From: Haliotis rufescens
Lineage: Eukaryota
Direction of reading: 5' to 3'
Length of the DNA: 64,000 nt
Assembly (NCBI RefSeq): GCF_023055435.1
Contig: NW_025964372.1
Span: 44,268,001 to 44,332,000, forward strand
Position numbers and translations under genes: made by a program
In this document: positions 1 through 13,267 of the stretch, piece after piece
Layout: every line of letters begins with the position of its first letter
Numbering within the stretch: position 1 is the stretch's first letter
The notes under the pieces: generated by a model
The model's database searches: none
What the model was told of the DNA's origin: nothing
What the model saw: the letters and a program-made list of their open reading frames with translations, nothing else

Positions 1-196
1 GAGAACTAAGATCTGAGTTTAATGAGATTGTTTTTTTCCTGGTCTCATCTGGAATTGTATGTTGACTCTCCCTCAGCCAAGTCACCCAATACAACCTTCT
101 GACAAACCCTGTTATGTGTCTTTTAGGGACTTGAGTTATCCTTGAAACTAGTGTTTATGAGTTTGCAAAGATTATTTGACATGTGCTTGTTTTCAG

Positions 197-337
197 AGCC
201 TCCAACGCCGACCTCACCTCGGCTCCAGCGCCAAGCGACCATCTGTCTGAGAGGGCACCTGTCTAAGCAGACGAGTCTTGATGACCCTGCCAGAGTGGTG
301 TTTGAGAATGAAGAAGTGGACACTGCCAATGGAGCAG
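197..337 (+). CDS. Internal coding exon of an unidentified gene (gene 1); low-complexity Ser/Thr/Arg-rich C-terminal region
   Basis: ttttcag| acceptor and G|gtaggt donor, phase 1/1. Encodes (E)PPTPTSPRLQRQATICLRGHLSKQTSLDDPARVVFENEEVDTANGA and joins the 509 exon in frame. Confidence 0.8.
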
Positions 338-508
338 GTAGGTTCTCAAAGTATTTCATTGTTGCGATGGTTTTCTTTTTCAGTCTTGTTTTGAATAATT
401 TGATCAGTGGAAATGACTCCTCCTAGGGCAAAAGGAATTGTTTCCGAATTCACGTTGTATGACATGTCACTCACTGCTTTCAACTGATTATCTGGTTCTC
501 TGTTTCAG

Positions 509-885
509 CCGGTGGTCGTCTGGCCGACCCGGACCTCGTGGCTGCACTGGCAGGGCTGGAGTCCGACCCAGGAACTCATCGCCTACAAAGACAAGATGCC
601 AAGAGCAGAAAGACCTTCAAAATCAAGCGTACCAAAACCAAGACCTCGACCAATATCCGGCGGTTCATGTCTGCGAGACGTGGCCGGTATGAAGTGAGCG
701 ACCATGAGGGAAGTAGTGAAGACTCGCCGATTCGGACACCAGGGAGAATGTCTGACACAGCGGTCGTGTTCCATGACCGATCGTCCTTCACGCTCCGCCG
801 CCCGGGGGTCGCAGTGGCCCGCTCTGTCGAAACCATTCCTGAATCTGTGGAAGTGAAGGTACACCCTAAAGCTGCACGTGTCTAG
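509..885 (+). CDS. Gene 1 exon; read through to TAG 885 (ends ...VHPKAARV*) or spliced at the internal donor after 858
   Basis: tgtttcag| acceptor in phase 1; GC/CpG-rich open frame AGGRLADPDLVAALAGLESD...SVEVK; in-frame phase-0 donor AAG|gtacac at 858/859. Confidence 0.78.
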
Positions 886-3800
886 TGTACTAATGAACAT
901 AAGAGTTCCAAGTATTCGGTTGTGTTGTTAACGTTGATGTAATGTACTCATTTTCTTGGTTTTTTTATCATTTAGCAGCCTAATGCTTAAATATTCATCT
1001 CTATTTTTGCTCCATGACGGTTATTTTTTACCAGTGTATCATGTCGCCAAACCATGTGTTGGAGATTTGAACATGAGAGACTTGAAGTAGATTAAGATTT
1101 TCAGCGTTATTGATGGTTTATTTGGCAAAGCTTCTGTCCAAGACTTGGATCAGGACAAGACGTAGTCTCTCTTGCAGACCCAGAGCTTATCTTTAATAAA
1201 TTCCTCCGGTTTGATAAAAAGTAGAATATGATAAAATGACAAAAGACATTTTGTATTTTATGAATGGAGACAAGCGAAAAAACCCAAGTGATACAATACA
1301 ATACGCTGTATCTCCAGAAAGTTCATTCTTGCCAAAACTGACTTGATGTGCTAAGTGGCAGCGTAAATTTTATGACACATTTTTCTCACTTCAAGTTGAG
1401 TTTGCCTCCAAATAAAACCTACTGACGAAGAGAACATGAGGATATTTTGTTAAATGTCTTGAACACAATCTATGGTTTAATGTCTCAGTATTATTCTTTG
1501 GGGTATTGAAGTGCTTCAGTGATTATGTAGAATCAAAGGATAGGATGGACTGAAGGTGCATGAGAGTTGTCTTCCTTTTGCTGCCAGGATCAGCTGGTCA
1601 TGAGTTCAATCTCAGAGTTCTGTGATTATGATCCTTGGTTTGTTGGCAACATGCCAGTACTCCTGGTTTCACACGTAAACGTCTACGATCAACATCACTT
1701 CGGGCTCTCCACCTTATTGAAACTGACACACTGTGACGTAACTAAATACTGTTCAAATGGCGTTAAGCACATCTAGCTCACTATATATTGTTCGTAGCAG
1801 TAAGATATAATGATGTAGCTTAGCGCCAAAGTAAGAGATCGATACTTAGTATCTAGATCTTCACACTTACTGGTGATCGTGTGACGTATACATGTAGTTC
1901 GAAATTGGTCAGGAATATTATTAATCCATTGTAGTTTTTGTCTAAACAGATTAATCATTCATCTTGTCCTTTTTCTCCAATTTTGCTCTTTTGAGATTGA
2001 TTTATCCCTTTTTTACTACGATTTTCTCATATTTTGATCTCACCAAGTCACTGCTGAAATGGGGAACCTGCTAGCATTGTTCCTCTGCTGTAGTGTTGTG
2101 GTGATCTGTGATCTGTGATCTGTATGTTCCTAGGCTGGGTTTGTAATACTGATATAGGCTTAAGGTGGAAGCAAGTTTTAAATGATAAGTTGTGAACTTA
2201 CAAACTGATTTAGAAGGACTAATATTTGATGTTAAACATTTAAACGTAGCTTGGCCTGAAGTTTCAAAGAAATGATAGACTTTGTACGCTTGAAAGGTAA
2301 AATTAAGTGCCTATCCATTCATACTGTGAGATTTATCTTTAGGGGTTTATAGTGAGGGTTGTTGTAAGTCACTGAGGCTAAACACACACATTTGATGTTT
2401 GTGTTTACGTGTACAGGTGATTTTCGTAATACCTATTAAATCACTACTTATGTCTGAATGTTCACAAATAGATCGTCTTAAGGCCATGATAAGTTAACTG
2501 ATTTTTTTCGAAATATTTAAAATAATTATGAGATTATTTTTAATGTATAATTTTATTTATTATTACTTACAAGGCGTTCAAGGCATCTGTGTACATTGGT
2601 GACAGATGTGATTCACATCAGTGTTCCCTTACGGTAATTACCAATATTTTACCGGTAAAATTAGGCTCGGATCAGTAATTTTTGTGAATTTCAGCCCCTG
2701 TGGTCCGGCAAATAAGGTATCTTGGAAATCTTTGTTGTTGAACAAAACATTGTTGATATTAAAAAAAATTATATTTTCGAACTAAGTCAACTTGGCTGTT
2801 ATCATCAGGGTTTCCCCTTGTCTTTTTTTAGCGCAAGGACATAATAGGTTAAGAAGTGAAAGTGAAATATTCAGAGAAAAAATTGAAAATTGTGATTGAA
2901 CTTTGTGTGAATGAATGTAGATATAAATAATTAAGTTACTTCAGAAATAATGTCACTGAATTTGTCAGACATGAAACTACACTGTATTGATATTGATGTA
3001 GAAAGAATTAAAACCAGAAATTTCATATGATTTTTATGTTTTCAAAGTTGGGCCTGACAAAAGTTGGTGGGACTGGTTATTTGTGGGGTTGCTGGTCATG
3101 GGGACTGGGGCTGGCAGTTGGAAAAGCCATCGGGAACACTGCACATGTAACATGGATGCCTTGTGAACTTTGGTATATTTCATGAAGTAAGGGAGAGAAC
3201 CATGTAGCGACTTCCATGGTGTGGAGGTACTTGCTGTGAGGAGGGTGTTTGCTTGTGTAAGTGGAAGTGATAAAATAAAAATCAATTGATTAATTTATAA
3301 TGACCTAAAGTTGAAATGTTAGACTTGTTGGAGGGTTTAGTTAATTTGCTATTGTAGCGTCTCGGTCAGAATCCAAGGAGTCACTCGTCTTGGTTGACTA
3401 TGAAGCTGATATTTACTTGAAGTCTTATTTGGAGAACTGCTGAAAGTCTATGCCTCTGATACTATCCTGCCAAGGGTTCAAACTGTTGTCATCAACAATA
3501 TATCATGTCCGCCCAATCGTTTTAGCCGAGTGACTGTATGATATAACAAACTGTTTTTGATTGGTTTGGAATGCAAGATTGAACCAATCAGTGTTTCCCT
3601 TGCTGAATACTCTTCACTTATCAAAGTGAGTGATGCATGGATAATTGTTGTGACAAGTCTGTGTCAAGTCTTATTGTCGGTTACATCTGAAACAGGCCTT
3701 TGACGTCTGGATAGTGCTATTGGGGGTATATTGTTCACATTGAATAAAGGAGAGTTATCCAAGGACGGTTTGTGACCATGGGACTCCAAATCAGTTACCC

Positions 3801-4388
3801 ATCATCAGATCATAACATGCACGAGAAGGATCAGCTTGTCATGTTTTCAAGTTGTAGGTTTGCTATTAGAGTTCAAATTGCAATGAAACAATTGTATTTT
3901 TATAACAGTAAATCTACACTGAGTGTCGAAGTAAATATAATAAGTGTTCACATTTTCTTCTAGACAGTTGGGCAGGTAGAGAGAAATTTTACCTTTCCCT
4001 ACAGAAATGTTACTAGTCACAGGATAGTGGGCAAGCAGATATTTCCGACACCGTTTAGTGTTTCACAAAAATGAGCACCTGTTACTGCAGTCTGCTAATA
4101 TTTGACACAGAAAGGTGACGCAATGCAAATAGAGCCAAGAATCAACCTTGGACATGTTGGTATCTCGATATACTGATGCATAAGAAAAACTGACACAATA
4201 TTGCAACATCACAAATGATGGTACACGTCAGTGATTGAGGTTGGTAAGGTGTAAAATTGGACATATTGTGTTTGTAATCATGGTAAAAAGTTCAGTTTGT
4301 GTGCATTTGATATGTTTGCATCAGAAAATACAAGAAAGCTTAGGCCAATGTTTGACGATGCTAATGTGATTTGAAACCTTCCCTGATG

Positions 4389-4444
4389 CATCTTCCGAGG
4401 CAAGAGAGTTAATAGTCAGTTAACTCACTTGCCTCGGGAAGATG
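4389..4444. mobile_element. 56-bp minimal derivative of the same MITE (TIR ends only)
   Basis: Same termini; flanked by TCCCTGATG direct repeats. Confidence 0.85.
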
Positions 4445-4924
4445 TCCCTGATGGGGAATTGGGGAACTAATTTTAAACCTTCCCTGATGGGGAATTGGGG
4501 AATTGATTTGAATCCTTCCAGGGGAATATTTTTTTAACCTATCGAGTGAGTAATTAATATTTTGTGAATTGAGCAAGTCCAGTGTATTTTGATCCATAAC
4601 TTCTCAAACAGGTCCATTGTTTGAACCCGTGGTTAATCAGTCTTTCAGCAGATATATACAGTGGAAGACACTTCTATGTAAAATAGTTGGTGAAAGTAAC
4701 AGTAATTTAGTAATAATTTAGTGAAATGACAATTGTACAAGTTGATTATTATTTCCTGTGTGTACTACTCATGGTTTAAATCTTAGAGGAGGTGTAGATA
4801 TGAACTCAGTTTTCTGGAGGTGAACTTCTGTATTGTTGTTTGGCACACATTTGTGGACAAGTCTTACTGCTTCATTGGGTCATAGACTTATAATTACTGT
4901 TCAACCAAGCCCTGTCTCTTTAAG

Positions 4925-5092
4925 TGAGTGAGTGAGTGAGTATGGTTTTACGCCGCTTTTAGCAATATTCCAGCAATATCACGGCGGGGGACACCAGAAA
5001 TGGGCTTCACACATTGTACCCATGTCGGGAATCGAACCCGGGTCTTCGGCGTAACGAGCGAACGCTTTTACCACTGGACTACTCGACCGCCC
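4925..5092 (-). mobile_element. SINE family A (tRNA-derived, ~165 bp), full length
   Basis: A/B boxes, (ACTC)n tail, TSD CCTGTCTCTTTAAG on both sides. Confidence 0.9.
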
Positions 5093-5219
5093 CTGTCTCT
5101 TTAAGAGAAGATTTTGTATTGCAATTTGATACCTCTCTCTGTCAGGATCTGACAAGGTCTCCAACAGATATGAACAGACAGTGCTGAATGGAGAATAATA
5201 AAAGCCATGCTATGTTCCA

Positions 5220-5460
5220 GAAGATCCGGGGTAGAACAGGCCTCAGCAACCCATGCTTGCATAAAAGGCGACTGTGCTTGTAGTAAGAGGCGACTAACGC
5301 TGACTTGGTTGATACATGTCATCGTATCCCTAGTGCGTATATTGATGCTCATGATATTAATCACTGGATTGTCTGGTCCAGACTCGACTATTTACAGACC
5401 GCTGTCATATAGCTGGAATATTGCTGAGTGCGGCGTTATACAACAAACCAAACCAACCAA
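5220..5460 (+). mobile_element. SINE-like family B (~250-280 bp, non-tRNA head)
   Basis: Matches the family B consensus; (AACC)n tail. Confidence 0.85.
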
Positions 5461-7859
5461 ATCTGGATATTTTATTGTCGTCATCATTTCTGACAACAAA
5501 GTATCTACGTCCAAAATGGTGCTGGGGCTTTTGTGATTTGTGTTGAGGCCAGAGTTGTTAAAGAAAGGAAGATGTTTCGTATTAGAATGTTGATGTCAGA
5601 TTAGCTCCAGAACCCAGAAACCTGTGTATGGTCAGTGTCCCCTCAGGGCTCACTTCATAAGACCTTCTACAGAGGTTGTCAGAAATGATGGGGGGAGCCA
5701 TCAAATGGGAGTGAAGGATCTGATTCAATGAGATTGAACAATCTGCAATGTTGTTTCAAGGTTTGTTTCAAATGGAATGTGAAGCCTGTGTGTAACTGAT
5801 GGATGAAGGAGTAAGGTTGTGTGCCTGCATCGATAAAGAAGTTGACATCCATTAAGCTTGGTTGTTGTTCCCTGCTTCTAGTGGCATAGTGCCTTCAGCA
5901 TCTAGATACCAAGGTCCATGGGGTGTTTGTAGACGCTCTGCCTTCGTGGAAATGTGATAAACATTATAGTTGGGTATTTGTTTTTTAGAAGAAGTGTAAC
6001 CACTATGACAGCAGTGGCACTGCTTTCAAATAATCAACTGTGATAACTCAGACCAAAAATTTGTAATTTTTCAATATATATATATATATGCCCTAAATAT
6101 ATTAGTTTGTAATAACTGAAATATTAGTATGATAGTATTGAGTATCAGAGGTTGATGAATATGTATTCATAAGCATGTGATATTGTCTGCTACATTTGCT
6201 CACATATAGGTTGTGATTAATGATGGCCTTGTATTTTACTTTGAAATTTGCCTGATATTTCAATTTAGTCATTTTGTATGTCTCTCTTGTCAAAACTAAA
6301 GATTGTTCCTTTACATTATACACTTCAAATCTTCCAAGTTAATTCCATAATATTTTAATGATACAGCATTTTTTGCTCCTTATTCAATGGTTATTTATTG
6401 TTTATTTATTATATTATCAGGCCAGAGGCTGTTGTGATTGGTAAACAATTTTACAATACTGTTGATGAATGTCTTGACCCTTATTAACTCTTTAAACGTG
6501 TGTTAACGTATATATGTTTATTTAACAGATCTAGTCAGATGTGTGTCGTATATTGTCCTGTGAGAATGGTGTTGGCATAATTTATGTATTAGTATATGAC
6601 TTCAAGATGGGGTCCATCCACAGTTGGTTGTTAATTAAACAAATAGCTAAGCCCTTTTTTTCAATTGGTTTATGGGTCCTCCAACCCAAAATACTAAAAA
6701 TTGGAACATATCATCAGTTTTAAACATATTTTTATCACTGCCTACTCTGGAAAACTTTTGTACTAGAATAAAAATAATGTATTTCAAGAATCTTGGAGGG
6801 TGGTTCTGAGATGACTTTGCCATCAAACTTGCTACTTACAGTGTTCACAGTAAGGGGTGGTTACTCTAGCTACATCTGGGTACTTGTCATATCAGAATGT
6901 GTTTTTTTCTCCGAGCAAACTGAATTTATTTTGGAAAAATCCATAAACCAACTGAAAAAAGGCCTAAAGCATCTTGTTGATGATTGTCAATACTTCATGG
7001 ACTTGTATAAGCACTCTTACATCCACCCATGAATACACAGGTCAGTGTGAGGGTGATGTGGGTCGGTATTTAGTCAGCTAATGAAATAACAGAATCAAAT
7101 AAGCCCTACTCTGTGCATGAACAGTGCACTAACCATTGCCCCATAATGAGACCATGTGCCACAATATAAATTGTCAATGCAAGAGCATAACCAGTCCAGA
7201 TTATCCACCAAAACATTCCATGTGGGGTAAAGGGCATGATAGCTGTGAAAACTAAACCTGAACCTCTGAAATTTAGTGGTGACACTAGGTGTTCGTGAAA
7301 GGGTATGGCACATGTTCACACAATGTCAAGAGATAACAGAGCTGTTGGTACAATGTTAACCTGAGCGCTCATTGGTCTGAATACTTCCTGGTTTCCCTCT
7401 TGCTAGAACCAGGCCCTCTCCTCATTGGTGACTCGTGCAAATGGCCGAATGTATTATCAGGTGATGGATGTATTCAAGCATGAAGTATTGACAGTGCTTG
7501 TTGATGAATCAAGTTGTTATGGAAACAGTTTATTTATCCGTTAGTCAGGAGTCCTTGACACCTGGCTCGGGTTTGTGTTTTTTTTGTATATAGCTTCCTA
7601 TTGGAATCCATTGGAACAGTTTTGGCTTAAGGTCAAGAACAAAATGATTACTTGTTTGTCAGAATCACTGCTGCTTTGTTCCCCCATGAAAATAATAATA
7701 ATCATCATCATTTGGTTGAGGTAGTGATGTAAATATCAATGACCATATAGTGCACAGAATTATCTCCAGTGCAAGAAAATATGCCTCAACTAACATGACC
7801 AAGATCATAACAGACTAAACAACCAAGTGCATGAACCTTCAAAATTTATCCAATATTTA

Positions 7860-8090
7860 TGCACAAGAACATGACTTCTTATATCCCATCTGAGGACAAT
7901 AGGTGCACAACAAATGACTTCTTATATTCCATCTGAGACATTAAGTGCACAACAAATGACTTCTTATATCCCATCTAAGACTATAAGTGCACAACAAATG
8001 ACTTCTTATATCCCATCTTAGACTATAAGTGCACAACAAATGACTTCTTATATCCCATCCAAGACTATAAGTGCACATCAAATGACTTCT
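7860..8090. repeat. 42-bp tandem repeat, ~5.5 copies
   Basis: GTGCACAACAAATGACTTCTTATATCCCATCTAAGACTATAA. Confidence 0.92.
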
Positions 8091-10849
8091 GAGACAACCA
8101 GGGAAAACAAAAATTATGTTTTTATGAGGAATTTGAAATTTAGAAAAAAATGCATCTCCAGCTCTTCGAACAAGCAGTTTCTGACGAACGATTGATGTAT
8201 TTGTTGTGGCTTGAATTTAAAATAATTTTGGATGGAACAGATATCCAGAAGGACCCCATCTTATTCATGTAGAAAAAATGTTAATGAAATTGCACCATGT
8301 GAATATTGAAAGCCTTAATTATGTCTGTTGTAATCATCATCATCATCATTTGATTAATTAAATGAAGTTTAGCATAACGGTTTTGCAGGTGGAAAGTTAC
8401 CAGCTGAAAACAGGCCATTCTGAGATGGGTGCTGAGCTGTTTTCTGTCCCTTTAAATATATTCTACACAAAGGAAGTTAAAGACAACCCAGATTTATATG
8501 GGAAAATATAGGGTGTTCTTTAACTTCTTTGAGTAGTATATTTGTTCGGGATTATTCTACAACATAAGCATATGCTTGTTGTAGGAGCTGATTAAAGTAG
8601 GGATTGGGTGGTCAGACTCTGTGATTTGTTGACTGCATGTCGTCATGCTGCGATGAAGTTGGTCAGTTTATGTTGCCACAAACATAATCTGCCCAAGTAT
8701 ATTATCAGGGTGCTGGTTGATAGAAGTTTAGAAAATCTCACAATGTAAAGCTCATTATGCGGTTGGTCTCAGGTGCTGAATTTGTCTTCATGTCTTCTAC
8801 ACAGTGTTACAGTGCAAGAACTCTTGACATTACAGTGAAACATGATGTTCTTGAAATTTGTAATAACATAAATTACTATTCCTTTCAAATAAAAATTGAT
8901 TCCTTTGTCAAGACTGTTATTAAGTTTCAGATTATCAGATTTTGAACTGATGAATTCTTGAATTGTCTGCCAAGTGGCTGACTGCAGGGTATTTCAGTAG
9001 GAATGAAGCACATTCACAACACAGAATCTCAGAGAGCAGTTCCAAAGTTGAATGTTGGTAAAAAATCTTAATTCTTAAGTTTGAAGTTTGGGGGTTAACT
9101 GGTCGGCAAGTTCTCCCTCTGACATAATTAACTCGATCAGGATGTTTACTGTTCAGTTAAATAAATGACAGATCATTTCGTCTAATTTATCTAGAAAATG
9201 AACAGCATCACTATCCTTGGTAAAAGAAGATAAAACACCAGAACAGTCATGCCAGTTCCAAAACGTGTGTTGGTGTTGGTGCTCCACATCTTCTCTTGTG
9301 CAATGGTTTTATTAACTTGTATATAGAGTGGTATGATCATTAATACTTTCTTTACTGTGTTTTTCTTTCTGAAAATCACCTGTCACAAGACAAGGTTTAC
9401 AGTATATTATTCGTGGCATGAAATGTGGTCAGTTGTTGAAGAATGTGCAAATATGTTCATGTTATTGAAGACTTTACGGTTTTGTTACTCAGAATATACC
9501 ACAATATACCTTTGCTGTACCATTTTGCAACTTCAGTCACTATTCCAAAGCCCAAAGTCTGGTAAAATTTTGTTAGGTTGAGCACACTTGGCATAATAAT
9601 CCATATGCTCAAAAATAAAGAAAATGCCAAAGACAATTTCGTACTTAAAGACTCAGAGGTGTTTTGCACAGACTGGTGTAACAAATAGCTATACAAGCTC
9701 TATTTGTCAACGGAAACGTCTGCTAGTTATGTCTCTGGGGTGTCATGTGATAATTTAGGTCAGGAAGCCTCCTCTAGGTCAGATGACTACCTCTCACCTG
9801 GAAGATCTCAATAAGCTTAGACACTTGGAGCACAGGACACCAATCACCCGTTCTTCATGTGCTCCCTTCTACTTTGTTTGTGATTATGGTGTCTACAATG
9901 CTAAAGTACTCACGGAAATAAAAAAACCCTGTTTTTTCGGTCTCAGATTTTAAATAAATGCAGTTATTATACAAAATATATAAATATTCAAACAACTCAA
10001 TTAGTACTAATTGGGCCTTGGCACAAATACAGCGTAGCAAAGGTTTTTATGTCTTTTTACACGTAAAAGTGTGTAAAAATATGAACAAAACAGACTATTG
10101 TGAAACTGAGCATAACCAGGTGTTAGTAGATCAAGGTGAATGTCCATGACCTATGACACCTTGATGACAGGTGAAAACAGGTGCTTGAAACCCACGTGCA
10201 TGTGATTTGTCAGTGGTTAGTGATTTGTGAGTGGCATTGTGGGATAGTGAATCATCGTCAAAATATCAGAACCTAAAAGTAACATATTCCCTTCTCAAAC
10301 AACAACTTACATGTCATTATTGTTATGTACATAAACATAGCTGTTATTTTTATTGTTGTTTTGATAACTTTTTTCCAGGCTAATTTGCATAATGCCTATA
10401 GCCTGTTTCTGCCATGTCAATTTGGACTTAGTTTTATTTTTGAATGTTGAAAGTGCATACAAATTACCTCCTGTAAAGTACATTTTGTATTAAGCACTGA
10501 GATAAAACTAGCAAATCCAGACTAGTACTTTTCCAGTTGTTTTGTTATTTCGTATTTACATCTACGTAATGCTTTGTGTCGATTATTAAATCCAGCAAAA
10601 CAGGTTTTTTTCATTTCCATGAGTACTTTAGGACTCGTCACTGTGTGGCTGAAATAATGCTAGTGCGACGGTAAATTTTAATTCACTCACCTTTGCTAGG
10701 ACAATATCCCCAAAATTGAAAGAATGTAAGCTTGTTTGATTGCCACAGTGCTGCTCATTGTTTGTGAGACACAGGTAGGGTGAGACACAGGTAGGTTAAG
10801 ACAATGGCACCATGCACAGGTGTACAGTTATGATGCTGGACTGAGGATG

Positions 10850-11250
10850 GGCAATCACTGTGTTAGGCTGCTTGTACATTGTATTAGTCCAGATTAATTC
10901 AGGTTTTATAGGGCTAGCCAACTGACACACCATGCCAAAGTTTAACATGGATACCCCTCTCAGACACAGTATACTGACTCCGAGCCGACCAGTCCTTGTT
11001 TTAGCCCCTTAATGGTGAGTGCCAGGCAGGGTAACACACCATGCCAAAGTTTAACATGAATACCCAACTCAGACACAGTATACTGACTCCGAGCCGACCA
11101 GTCCTTGTTTTAGCCCCTTAATGCCGAGTGCCAGACAGGGTAACAACAAGTACCATATTTTAACGTCTTGTGGTAAGACACAGCCGGGGATCGAAACACC
11201 AACCTTCCACTCTCTGGGCAGATGCTGTATCCATTACACCATAGAGACAG
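10850..11250 (-). mobile_element. SINE family D with an internal ~110 bp tandem duplication (other copies 41127-41378, 49355-49670)
   Basis: CAGACACAGTATACTGACTCCGAGCCGACCAGTCCTTG block present twice. Confidence 0.8.
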
Positions 11251-11765
11251 TCAGTTTTAGAAGGAAGAAATCCAGTTCCTTTTTCCTTTCATATTGACCC
11301 TTAGATAGCACGTTGTGAAATAGTTAACACGTCTACTTTTCCTAGACTATTACTAGATTCAATCCCTGCTTTATAAAGGACGAAAAGTATACAAGTGGTG
11401 ATGTGTGTTATACATGTTTACAGAAAAATACTTCTTTTAATTAGATCAGGCACATTGTTTCCTTGTTCATTGATTGAGCCTGCACTATTAACCAGACCTA
11501 ATGTTTGAAACCAAAAAGAAATATTTTCCATACTGTGTTTAAACAAGGGTATATTTATCTTGCAAATGATTTTGTTTTGTTTTTCTTGTTTCAAGAGGTT
11601 TTGTAAGGAAATGAGCCTCAATGAACCTTCATGATGGACCCAGATTTTTCTGTTCTAAATTTTACATCTTGCATCTTGGCATGTTCTCTAAGAAAGACAA
11701 GAACAACAATTGGCCTTGCTGAATAGCCCTTCTTATACAAAGAAATCATTGCAGTACACATGTAT

Positions 11766-12199
11766 GAGGGCTGGGACGGGTAACTCGGGTACTCGGGTAC
11801 TTGGGTTGGTACTGAGTAGGACCCGGGTACCCACAGGACTACCCTGACCCGTGGTTAGTCCCGTGATTAAATTGTTTAATGGCATAAATTATCTAGAACT
11901 CTATGGTTACACTGTAAGTGAAAAATGTTCACATTTCTTTCCGACTATGCACACATTCCTTCTGACTTAATTCACTTTTATATGTTTGCATAAGGATAAA
12001 ACTTCAGTCAACTTCGGTGTATGCATGACCAGATAATTTTATACCTGTATCTAAATACATTTTGACAGGAGTATGGTCAAACATTTCCCAATCGGACATT
12101 TTGTACCTCTCTCTTGAGACCTACAGTGTGTATCCGGGTAGGGTCGGGTAATAGGGGGTTAGGTACCCGGGTGATTAATTTGGACTCATCCCAGCCCTA
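11766..12199. mobile_element. hAT-like MITE
   Basis: TIR AGGGCTGGGA/TCCCAGCCCTA, subterminal CGGGTA/TACCCG arrays, 8-bp TSD ACATGTAT/ACATGTAC. Confidence 0.82.
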
Positions 12200-13267
12200 A
12201 CATGTACGTATCACTTCCATGTAAGATGACTGATTTTCAAGATGGCAGTCATGCTCTATCATATTGAGTGCACCTTTATTTAAAACTGCCAGTGTTAACC
12301 TGCTAGGCTGACACTGAATTCATTTTCCATGTAACATTTAACCAGTTTTTAATTTTGACTGGTTCACGTTGATTCATGAAGCCTACATTAGCTGGAATTT
12401 GCAATCACATGACAGTCATGTGACACTTTGTGGATTGTTTTGGAAAAGGTAGGTTTCATATTGATGTGGTGGCTTCTGGGTGCAGGGAGATTGATACTAT
12501 CTTGATATGCACTTCCCTTCTCAATACACTATAAACTTTCCTTTTATGATATCAGAAGAATAAAAACAGTTAATTCCATATATGTATTGAGAAGGAAATT
12601 GCATGATATATGTTGATGCTGATATTATATGACATTTGGTGGTGGGTTAGCAAAGAGGTTGAAATCCCATTTTCAAATTTTGAAAACTGCCGTTTTTCGC
12701 TAGCTTGGCCAGTAAGCAATGCTTCGCACATGATATAGTAAACATGCATGTTCCAATGTCTTTGCACTGTTTCTGCTAACCTTTGTTACCCACCCAGTTC
12801 TATCTATCTTTATTTGCTGTTGATGTAGAGCTTTGTGATAAGTGCTGGTGTTGGGACATAACACTGATAGTCTTGTACTGACACTCCCAGTTATATTGTT
12901 GTAGACTAAAACACTACCCTGTAGTACACCTTACAGATGACCAGTTAATTTATTATTTTCCCAATATCGTTATCCATTATTTTTTCTTTCATTCTGTTAA
13001 ATATCAAATTATATGAATACCTTTACGTAATTTGAGTATTTGTTTTTTTTGAGTTGGAGAAATGAAATAGCAAAAATCGTTACTGTTGAACAGAACGTTA
13101 ATAGTTTGTATTTAATTCAAATGTACAGAGGTCTGTTCATATGCTAATTTAGTTTTACCTTTACATTTATTGAAATCTTATCTATTTTTCCTTTAGTGAA
13201 AATGCTTACCCAACCTTTTCATTTTTTGTTATCACATGATAGTATTCACCACCGCTCAAACTATCCT

